39,052 bases of DNA, taken from the IMG/VR virus record IMGVR_UViG_3300031787_000332, positions 1 to 39,052 of that record, one strand, 5' to 3'. Positions 9,231 to 16,537 of this stretch are shown here, piece by piece. The first letter of the stretch is position 1. Every line of letters begins with the position of its first letter. The notes below the pieces were generated by a model. That model was not told where the DNA came from. It ran no database searches and was given only the letters and a program-made list of their open reading frames with translations. Made by a program: the position numbers and the translations under genes. This DNA is from a virus. Its lineage: Duplodnaviria > Caudoviricetes.

Positions 9231-9539
9231 CTATCTAATTGCATTTACTAACTTGTATGTATTAATTGCGCCTGCTAAATCTACTGGTATACGAAGCTGT
9301 GTTCCTGGTTCTACTACTAGTGAATCTCCTGGTAGTGCGTTCGCTGAAGCAATTACCCACCAAAAGCTAGAATCACCATAGAAATCAAAAGCCAACAGAT
9401 CTAATCTATCACCTAAAACTGTAATAATATAATTATCATCATTAGTAGGAGGTATTTCAGGGTAGATATTATTTACGTAGTATTCACTACCTGTTGCTGC
9501 TGATTTAATAACTTCTATATTTTGATATCTGTAGTTCAT
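9231..9539 (-). CDS. LysM-containing baseplate wedge protein (gp53/gpX-like)
   Basis: 102 aa; GDRLDLLAFDFYGDSSFWWVIASAN...PGTQLRIP LysM signature; canonical position. Confidence 0.85.
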   Translation of the reverse strand: MNYRYQNIEVIKSAATGSEYYVNNIYPEIPPTNDDNYIITVLGDRLDLLAFDFYGDSSFWWVIASANALPGDSLVVEPGTQLRIPVDLAGAINTYKLVNAIR

Positions 9540-11368
9540 ATATTAATTCTAGGTATTGGTTGATTTTCAGCAATTTGTTCTGCTAATCTAAGATTTGCAT
9601 CTAATCCAGAATCAACTGTTCTTAATTCACCTAGAGTTGCTTCGGTTTGTGCAATAGTAAATTGTTGTTGTATAGTTGGCTTAATAAATGTAGTAGGATC
9701 TGATGGCGATGATTTTGGTACGTTAGCTATTAACGCAGATATATTAGAAGTTACTGTCTCTGTTGTAGTAGTTTGCTCTGTAGTTGCATTAGTAGTTTTA
9801 CTAATTGTAGATGACGTGTTAGGTCTCTTAGGAAGTACATCAAGAATTGGTCTGAATGTAACTGCTACATCTACTACTTGAGGGAGTTGCGCAATATTTC
9901 CAGATTGATCATTTTCTATATTAATCTCCCAAGGAGTATTATTATCAACTGTCATGTTGATTGATTCTATAAAGCCAGGCACACGATACAGATAATCACC
10001 AATAGTTACACGAACTACAGGAGCTCTCATTATACCTTGATTAGGACTATAGTCTGGATAAACTTGTCCCATCAACATGTTAAGTTTGTTATATAGAGGT
10101 CTAAGATCTTCACGTGATTGCGCAGCGACTCTGAAAGAGAATCCTACAGTTCTAGTAAAACCTTGATAGGTAAAAAAGTTTTCACCTCTACCTATATATT
10201 TAAATGAGTTTAACTCAGCATTATTTGTGTCAGTAATACCTGCTGTTAAAAACGCTCTAAAGAATATAGCAGTTGAATAAGTAGGAGCATCATTAGAGAT
10301 TGCTTCAAAAACAAATTTAATAAGATCTTGACTACTATCTTTATTCTGTTGTACTTCCCAAGGTGCTTGATCATTTCTAAACAAGAAAGGATAAAGAGTG
10401 TTCATTTTATCTTTATATCTTCCTGCTTGAACAGTATAAAATCTCTTATCAACAGTATTGTTACCCCATGGTATGTAATTAGGAACTCCGCCGAATCCAG
10501 TTAAACCAGGAAGTTGATTTCTAAAGTCTTGTAATTGAGGAACTGGGTTATTAAGATTAGACTTTTGTGCTAACAGCTGATCATAGTTCATGGCTGTGCT
10601 TGATCTCAATCTAGTTGTATCAACAACTCTAGGAATTGTAGTTGTGCCTATACCATAAACAGAATTAGGCCCTCCTAGATATTGGAAGATCATATTCCTG
10701 TTAAGTGATATACCAAGGGTGTTTACTAAATTAATATCTGGGACATTTGCTGGATTTGCAAATGGATCTCCTGTGGTCATTTTAAGACCTAAAAGATTAT
10801 ATAGCCTATTAGACGCTTTCTGGTTGTTAACGTTTTGCGCGTTAACTATTGAATAGTAGAACTTTTCAAATGGATTAAATGGCACCAAACCTGCTCTATT
10901 AGCGTGAAAACCTGTTCCAGATACTCCTACTTGAGCTAATGTGTTTGCACCTAGATTATACACCCTAGTGTTCTCTAATAAACCAGGATAAGGAAGTCCT
11001 TGAGGAATACCAAACAAAGTGTTGCCTGTTTCAATCTTAGGATTAGATAGTTGAAGTCCTACTTGTTTTTGTATAAAAGCAGTGCCTCTTGGCTTATCTT
11101 CAAAGAATTTTTTGATCCTTGACCTATCTATTTTACTAGAAACAGTAAATGATTGTGATCCTAAATTAAACTCTAATTGACCTCCTCTAATAGGAAAATC
11201 TAAACCTCCTGTTGAACCCGCTCTATAAATAGGTAGCGTATTACCTGTAGGATTAGGTGTGTCAGGCATTATAGTTTGAATATAAGGAAGGCCTGATGAA
11301 CCATATCCAGGTCTATCATTACCGAACCTGAGATTCTTAAGGTTTGATTGTAGGTTAATTAAAGGCAT
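9536..11368 (-). CDS. Tail tube initiator / baseplate-tube junction protein (gp48/gp54-like)
   Basis: 610 aa; C-terminal FRAFL...YIGRGE..FTYQGFTRTVGFSF...PVVRVTIGD...PGFIESIN tube-fold region; between tape measure and LysM genes. Confidence 0.65.
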   Translation of the reverse strand: MPLINLQSNLKNLRFGNDRPGYGSSGLPYIQTIMPDTPNPTGNTLPIYRAGSTGGLDFPIRGGQLEFNLGSQSFTVSSKIDRSRIKKFFEDKPRGTAFIQKQVGLQLSNPKIETGNTLFGIPQGLPYPGLLENTRVYNLGANTLAQVGVSGTGFHANRAGLVPFNPFEKFYYSIVNAQNVNNQKASNRLYNLLGLKMTTGDPFANPANVPDINLVNTLGISLNRNMIFQYLGGPNSVYGIGTTTIPRVVDTTRLRSSTAMNYDQLLAQKSNLNNPVPQLQDFRNQLPGLTGFGGVPNYIPWGNNTVDKRFYTVQAGRYKDKMNTLYPFLFRNDQAPWEVQQNKDSSQDLIKFVFEAISNDAPTYSTAIFFRAFLTAGITDTNNAELNSFKYIGRGENFFTYQGFTRTVGFSFRVAAQSREDLRPLYNKLNMLMGQVYPDYSPNQGIMRAPVVRVTIGDYLYRVPGFIESINMTVDNNTPWEINIENDQSGNIAQLPQVVDVAVTFRPILDVLPKRPNTSSTISKTTNATTEQTTTTETVTSNISALIANVPKSSPSDPTTFIKPTIQQQFTIAQTEATLGELRTVDSGLDANLRLAEQIAENQPIPRINI

Positions 11369-11371
11369 TTA

Positions 11372-13612
11372 TTAATTTATTTGACCTGTTCTAAGATCTT
11401 GATCAGCAGCTTTACTATATCTAACTTCTGCTTCTCTTTTACTATCAACTAAATAAGCATTTACATTTACATTAAGTGATTCATTTCTATTACCTTTAAC
11501 CATTTTCATATCATCTTGAGCTATAGTTGTTACATTAGCTGCTGTTGTTGAAGCTGCAGCTTTATCTCCAACACTAACTCCACCAAAGTCTCCACCTAAT
11601 GATCTAATTCTGTTAGGGGCATCTTTAGAAAATGCTTCAAATTTTCTTTCAAAACCCTCATCTATACCAAAGCCAAGAGTTATAAAATCTATAGCATTTA
11701 TAATACCGTTAGCAATTCCTAAAACAGCTTCAACTGCAAAAGCAAAGAAGTCTCTAAGTTTACTTATAATAGCTTTGATGTTTTCTGGCTTAGAGATATA
11801 TTCAAAGAAACCTTCTATCTTTTCTATAATGCCACTCTTCTCTACAAAGTCAGCTATTGATTGTTTTATCTTCTCCATGAAGCCGCCAATCTTTTCTTGA
11901 AGAGAGGCGTTTGTTAAGTTTTGATAAGCTTCTTCACCAGTAAGTCTAATAATCTCTTCTTTAGATTTACCTTGTGCTTTTAATGCTTGTACTTTTGCTT
12001 GTGCGTCTTTTAGATCTTTTGCGCCTAGTTTACCTAACAACTCTTGTTGCTTCAACATATCTCCCATTTGATCTCTAGACATGCCAAATGCAGAGGCTAG
12101 AGATTCAGCTTGTATACGATTAAGCTTTAAGAAATCGTTTGCAGAACCAACTTGACTTGTTATTTCTTTTGCAGCAGTTGCAAGATCATTGTTCAAGAAA
12201 GCTTCACGAGCTTTAGTTAAGTTAATATCTTTTCCAGTTAATAGTTGAGCTTCAAACTCTTTTGATATAGACGATTCAAAGTCTAAGAATGAATCAGCTA
12301 TTGAATCAAGTTGCTTTAACTCCATACCCATTGACTTAACAGTAACTAATGATTTAGTTAACTGTGCTGGGTATTTTGCAAATGTAAGACCTAAATATCC
12401 TCCTAAATTAGATGCTTCTTTAAGTATTTTCTGATAGTTAAAGCTAATTCCTGTTGCCTGTTTTAAACCTGCTACTTGTGATAAAACAGATTTAGTTATA
12501 CCTTCTGAAGATTGTCCTGTTAAAGTTGACGCTTCAACTATACCTTTTCTTGTTTCTAAGTCTAGGCCTGCTATATCTCTTAACTTAATGTTAGTAGCTA
12601 ACTGTTCATTAGTAAGTCTGTTAGTTACTCCTAAAGCATCAGCTAATTCCATTTGAGACTCAACCATCTTTTGGCTATTGATGAATAAGTCTCCAGAAGA
12701 AACACTAAGGCTAGCGAACTCCATTTTGATTGCTCGAGCTTCACCTGTTGAAAGGTTCATGGCTCTTGCAAACTTTACAGTTTGATCTTGTATTCCTACT
12801 ATATAATCAAATACAGATTTTAATCCGCTAACAATCCCTCCTATAGCGGCTCCGGCTAAAGGTATTGCGGTCAAAGGATCTGTTATAGCTTCTTTTAAAC
12901 CAGCCCCGGCTGCTTTACCTAGTGAACCTAACTTATCTAAGAAGGTCATTTTTTTACCTTCTTCGTTTAAGTCTCTAGACCTTTCAACCATTTCACCATA
13001 AAACTTGGTACCTAAACCTAGTTTATTAGCAAAGAACCCTAATGCCTTTCCTGATAATCCTATGCTTTTATTAATTTCTTTTTCTACGTCTAGCTCTTCT
13101 TGTAATAATTGAACATTTTCTTGAGCTATTTTGTTTGCTTCAATAGTAGCAGCATATCTTCTTTCATCTATATTAAGAGAAGACTCTTGTTGTGATATCT
13201 GATTATCTAGTGTGGCTAATTGTTGGCCAAGAGATCTAGCTAAAGATTGGTTGTTTTGTAACTTAGCTCTTTGGATATCTCCTTCTATCTTTTTTCTATT
13301 AGTTATATTGGTTATATAACCTATAGCATTTTGTTTCTCTTGATCACTCATGGACTTTTCTAAGTCCGATATCTTCTTGGTTGTGAGGATGTCTTTTTCC
13401 TTAGCCTTTTGTAACTCTTTTTGTATGTCTTTGGTATTAATGGTCTCTCTATTAAGAGCCTTTACCTTAGAAATAGAAGCGTCTCTTAAGTCATTTATCT
13501 TAGATAAAAGATTTATAGACTTATTTAATTCAGAGTTAGAATCCTGTTGAAGCTTTCTAGATTGCCTAATCGATTCTTCTAACTGCCTACTGATATCTAT
13601 TTCGTCTGCCAT
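11372..13612 (-). CDS. Tape measure protein
   Basis: 746 aa; helical/coiled-coil, rich in Ala/Leu/Lys/Gln, one Gly/Ala hydrophobic segment; directly downstream of the chaperone pair. Confidence 0.8.
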   Translation of the reverse strand: MADEIDISRQLEESIRQSRKLQQDSNSELNKSINLLSKINDLRDASISKVKALNRETINTKDIQKELQKAKEKDILTTKKISDLEKSMSDQEKQNAIGYITNITNRKKIEGDIQRAKLQNNQSLARSLGQQLATLDNQISQQESSLNIDERRYAATIEANKIAQENVQLLQEELDVEKEINKSIGLSGKALGFFANKLGLGTKFYGEMVERSRDLNEEGKKMTFLDKLGSLGKAAGAGLKEAITDPLTAIPLAGAAIGGIVSGLKSVFDYIVGIQDQTVKFARAMNLSTGEARAIKMEFASLSVSSGDLFINSQKMVESQMELADALGVTNRLTNEQLATNIKLRDIAGLDLETRKGIVEASTLTGQSSEGITKSVLSQVAGLKQATGISFNYQKILKEASNLGGYLGLTFAKYPAQLTKSLVTVKSMGMELKQLDSIADSFLDFESSISKEFEAQLLTGKDINLTKAREAFLNNDLATAAKEITSQVGSANDFLKLNRIQAESLASAFGMSRDQMGDMLKQQELLGKLGAKDLKDAQAKVQALKAQGKSKEEIIRLTGEEAYQNLTNASLQEKIGGFMEKIKQSIADFVEKSGIIEKIEGFFEYISKPENIKAIISKLRDFFAFAVEAVLGIANGIINAIDFITLGFGIDEGFERKFEAFSKDAPNRIRSLGGDFGGVSVGDKAAASTTAANVTTIAQDDMKMVKGNRNESLNVNVNAYLVDSKREAEVRYSKAADQDLRTGQIN

Positions 13613-13634
13613 TTACTGTATTGTATTACCTACG

Positions 13635-13643
13635 AATAAATAT
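13635..13643 (-). promoter_or_regulatory. ATATTTAT(A/T) late-promoter-like motif
   Basis: ATATTTATT upstream of the tape measure ATG at 13612. Confidence 0.6.
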
Positions 13644-13935
13644 TTACCTTTTGGTTTTTACCTTAGATACAAAGGTAGGCTCTTCTGACTTCTTGACGAA
13701 GTCTGGCAGTTTGATCTTACTAGGATCCGTCTTCTCAGTTACCTTTTGCTGGTTTTGATTGCGCATCTCTTCAACCTTCTCAAGATATTCATTGATCTTC
13801 TTTAGGTTGAATCTACGTTTTGGAACGTCCATGTTCCATACCTCAGAATAGGTAAAACCACCTCCACCATGATAGGTGAGTTCAAATACCTCGGTCATGA
13901 ATGCGGACCTATAGTCCGCTCCCGGGAAAAAAGAA
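13644..13935 (-). CDS. Tail assembly chaperone C-terminal extension (lambda gpT analogue), probably expressed by frameshift from the upstream gene
   Basis: Overlaps the end of the upstream chaperone in the +1 frame; weak GTG start; F-x-Y-x-E-x-W-x-M-x-x-x-x-R motif typical of the gpT-like part of chaperones; directly precedes the tape measure gene. Confidence 0.7.
13903..13935 (-). other. Candidate programmed ribosomal frameshift signal (slippery run plus hairpin)
   Basis: Minus strand TTC TTT TTT CCC GGG A then GCGGAC-TATAG-GTCCGC; FFPG is encoded in both frame 0 and frame +1. Confidence 0.7.
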
Positions 13936-14676
13936 CTCGGCACCCATTGGAAGGGAGGTTTGTATCTCTGTGCCGTCTTTTAAAGTAAATGATACAGTAG
14001 TATCGATATCAGGAGTTACATCAGCTATATACTTTCTAAGTTCAATAGAATCTCTAGATAGTAGGTATCCTTGATCAATAAAGTCTCTGACTGTCTTAAC
14101 AGAATAATCCCCATTAACAGATGTAATCTGGTGTTTAAGTCTTGTAGAAAGCGTACCGGCGTCTTGGCCTACAACTTTCTTCATTCCTTTAATCTCTTCA
14201 TCGATCTTTTTATCGTCAACTACAGTTAAAATCTTGAAAGTAACTTGGTTCTTAGAGTACGGAAGAGTGAAAGCAAATTCATTTTTATTGTTGAATTTAG
14301 ACCAGTCTAACTCTTTATATTTAAGAGTCTGTAAGTCTATATCTACTTTCTCTTCTTCATTAGTATTTGGATTAGTATACTTGAAAGAGTAGTCTTTACC
14401 ATAGGCTAGAATCCTAGCGGCTATCAGTAAGCCATTCCTGTCACCTAAGGTTAGGTCTTCGTAGTTGATAGGTGATTTGATTAGGCTCTTTAGCATCTTC
14501 TCGATGGCGAGGCCCTGGCGAAGTAGGTTGACATTTGTAAGGATGTCTTCCTCTTTCGCTGTCATGTACTTCATTTCAACTTGGCCAGATGATAGTTGGT
14601 TTTCTTTTGGGTAGATAAGACCTTTTGAAGGTAGGTCGATCATTTCTGTAGGTACCGTAAACTTTTGTTCACTCAT
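13909..14676 (-). CDS. Tail/baseplate hub assembly chaperone (T4 gp26-like; lambda gpG position)
   Basis: 255 aa; LPSKG..YP...VEMKYMTAKEEDIL motif, internally repeated as FTLPYSK..VTFKILTVVDDKKI; ends EFFFP; between tube and tape measure. Confidence 0.75.
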   Translation of the reverse strand: MSEQKFTVPTEMIDLPSKGLIYPKENQLSSGQVEMKYMTAKEEDILTNVNLLRQGLAIEKMLKSLIKSPINYEDLTLGDRNGLLIAARILAYGKDYSFKYTNPNTNEEEKVDIDLQTLKYKELDWSKFNNKNEFAFTLPYSKNQVTFKILTVVDDKKIDEEIKGMKKVVGQDAGTLSTRLKHQITSVNGDYSVKTVRDFIDQGYLLSRDSIELRKYIADVTPDIDTTVSFTLKDGTEIQTSLPMGAEFFFPGSGL

Positions 14677-14694
14677 AAACTATTGTCTTTTATA

Positions 14695-14703
14695 TATAAA
14701 TAT
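14695..14703 (-). promoter_or_regulatory. ATATTTAT(A/T) late-promoter-like motif
   Basis: ATATTTATA upstream of the chaperone ATG at 14676. Confidence 0.6.
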
Positions 14704-14746
14704 ACTAATATCAAATTTACCAAAATAAAAAAAGCCTCTAGTAAGG

Positions 14747-15385
14747 TCACTTATATTTAACGCTGTATCCTTTGAACATTATTCCGTGCTTGGTTTTCAG
14801 TCTATATCCTATTGTCCTAAAGTCTATATTGACTTTTTTACTCAATTGTAGAGCACTGCCTGCTTCTATAATAGTGCCATCTTCTGATTCATATATAACA
14901 GCTCCTTTACTAGCTCTTGATTGCTCTCCTACTTTACCTATTTTAGACTTGCTTGCAGCTATAGACATGTTTCTTCTTTGTTCATCAGTGGGTGTCCAGT
15001 TCTTTTTATTACCAAGGCCATTCTTATTGCCTTTCATTATCTGACCCATCTTCTCTTTGAATGAGTCAGTCTTGTCTCTCTTCCAAAGGTGCATGAGTAA
15101 TTCTCTGGCTTCAACATACTCTTGCTCAGTTATCTTTCTGCCATTATTATAAGTCATTCTGTGAAATGCCCACAACATTTTCTGTCCATATACAGAATGG
15201 TGCTTAAATGACTCAGCTAAATACCTGTGTGCTTTGTAGTGCTCTTCTGCTGTTAGTAGAACTGTTGAGCTCTTCTTACCAAATGATGTAGGTACAATAT
15301 GATGGCGTTCGTAGTATGTGCCTTGACCTTTCTTTCTGTCTTCTGCTATTGCTTTACGTATAATAGCAAAGTAATTTTTGAGCAT
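14747..15385 (-). CDS. Free-standing HNH homing endonuclease with NUMOD3-like DNA-binding region
   Basis: 212 aa; YYERHHIVP..FG......LTAEEHYKAHRYL HNH motif; basic NUMOD3-like segments (TDSFKEKMG..MKGNKN, TDEQRRNMSIA...KIG); interrupts the tube-chaperone order. Confidence 0.85.
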   Translation of the reverse strand: MLKNYFAIIRKAIAEDRKKGQGTYYERHHIVPTSFGKKSSTVLLTAEEHYKAHRYLAESFKHHSVYGQKMLWAFHRMTYNNGRKITEQEYVEARELLMHLWKRDKTDSFKEKMGQIMKGNKNGLGNKKNWTPTDEQRRNMSIAASKSKIGKVGEQSRASKGAVIYESEDGTIIEAGSALQLSKKVNIDFRTIGYRLKTKHGIMFKGYSVKYK

Positions 15386-15423
15386 AAAAAAACCTCCCCT
15401 TTATAATAAATATCAGGGAGGTT
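15386..15423 (-). terminator. Hairpin plus U-tract after the tail tube gene, overlapping the HNH translation initiation region, with a promoter motif in the loop
   Basis: Minus strand AACCTCCC-TGATATTTATTATAAAG-GGGAGGTT-TTTTT-ATG. Confidence 0.7.
15405..15413 (-). promoter_or_regulatory. ATATTTAT(A/T) late-promoter-like motif inside the hairpin loop
   Basis: ATATTTATT upstream of the HNH ATG at 15385. Confidence 0.6.
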
Positions 15424-15455
15424 AGTAAATTAGAAGTTAAGTACTCGATATTATA

Positions 15456-15941
15456 TCAATAGTTCAAAACACAATAATCCATGCCGATTGACATAGTCAA
15501 TTCAGTTGGATCTGATGTTGACCAGTCGTAGTTACCAAAAGTAGCTTCTTTAATGAAAGCTCCTTTGATGATCCACTCACTTACGATATCACCTACAGGA
15601 CCTAGAATAGACAAGTTAAGATCTTTCTTATAAAAGTCAGAATAACCATCGCGGCCTGTTACAGACTCATGGTGTAGACGTACCCACTCAATTACAGCTT
15701 GTTGGCCAGATGGAGAGATTGGGTTATAAAGAGACAAAGTCATATCACGCCATTCAGCTTTACCTTTGATCTTACGGTAAACGTTGATGTGATCAAGTTT
15801 AATCTCATTTAGAGTAACACCAGGAGCGTCTGCCTTCTTGATCATATAAGATGGAATACCATCAATGTACATGATAAAGCGGTTTGATACTGTAGGTTCA
15901 AACGCTGTGAACATTATTTCATTTGGATCCAATACTGGCAT
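15456..15941 (-). CDS. Tail tube protein (T4 gp19-like)
   Basis: 161 aa; FEP...NRF, KGKAEW.DMTLSLY, YKKDL...LGPVG....W...GAF, terminal DY motifs; downstream of sheath. Confidence 0.9.
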   Translation of the reverse strand: MPVLDPNEIMFTAFEPTVSNRFIMYIDGIPSYMIKKADAPGVTLNEIKLDHINVYRKIKGKAEWRDMTLSLYNPISPSGQQAVIEWVRLHHESVTGRDGYSDFYKKDLNLSILGPVGDIVSEWIIKGAFIKEATFGNYDWSTSDPTELTMSIGMDYCVLNY

Positions 15942-15965
15942 TGTATATGCGATTTAGTTTCTTAC

Positions 15966-15974
15966 TATAAATAT
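15966..15974 (-). promoter_or_regulatory. ATATTTAT(A/T) late-promoter-like motif
   Basis: ATATTTATA upstream of the tube ATG at 15941. Confidence 0.6.
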
Positions 15975-15986
15975 TCAATAACTAAA

Positions 15987-16520
15987 TTATTGTTTTTCTT
16001 CTTTCTCTTCTTCTTTATGCTTCTTTTCGTTGAGGCTTTCTTCCATTTTTTGGATCTTTTTGTCAAGCATCTCTTTGCACTTCTTTAACTCGTCCATTGT
16101 TCTTTCTTTCTTCTCAGCAATGCCTGTAGTTTGGCTAGCTTTAAAAGCAACACCTTTACCTTTTAGACAATTAACGATAAGTGAATCTCTATCTACTTTA
16201 GGATTAGACTTCTTTTCTGCATTAGCATTCTTAATACAGTCGTCTACTACTTCTTTAGGAGCATCTACAAGAGCTGGATTATAAAAAACTTTATCGGCGG
16301 CAGCACGAAGCATATCCATGATACCTTCTTCAACTTGATCTACTTCTTGCATTTTTTTCATACCGTCTTTTGGAGTTTTCATTTTCTTTTCTTTTACAAT
16401 TTCCATGCCAGCACCAAGATTGTGCTTTCCTTTTTTAGCTTCAGATAGGGTCAATTGCTCTTTTACACTCTCGTATAAGTGAGCTGGTACTTTAATTCTT
16501 AAGATAGTATTATCGTTCAT
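15987..16520 (-). CDS. Highly charged hypothetical protein between sheath and tube, possible head-internal/core protein
   Basis: 177 aa; Lys/Glu rich; several (I/L)-x-E sites (LYE, LSE, IAE, LNE). Confidence 0.7.
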   Translation of the reverse strand: MNDNTILRIKVPAHLYESVKEQLTLSEAKKGKHNLGAGMEIVKEKKMKTPKDGMKKMQEVDQVEEGIMDMLRAAADKVFYNPALVDAPKEVVDDCIKNANAEKKSNPKVDRDSLIVNCLKGKGVAFKASQTTGIAEKKERTMDELKKCKEMLDKKIQKMEESLNEKKHKEEEKEEKQ

Positions 16521-16537
16521 CTGTGGTTTATTTTATA

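Noticed and set aside
14747-15385. Group I intron or intein hosting the HNH gene
   Set aside because: Flanking tube and chaperone genes have their own complete starts and stops, and the gaps (about 70 nt each) are too short for a ribozyme core.
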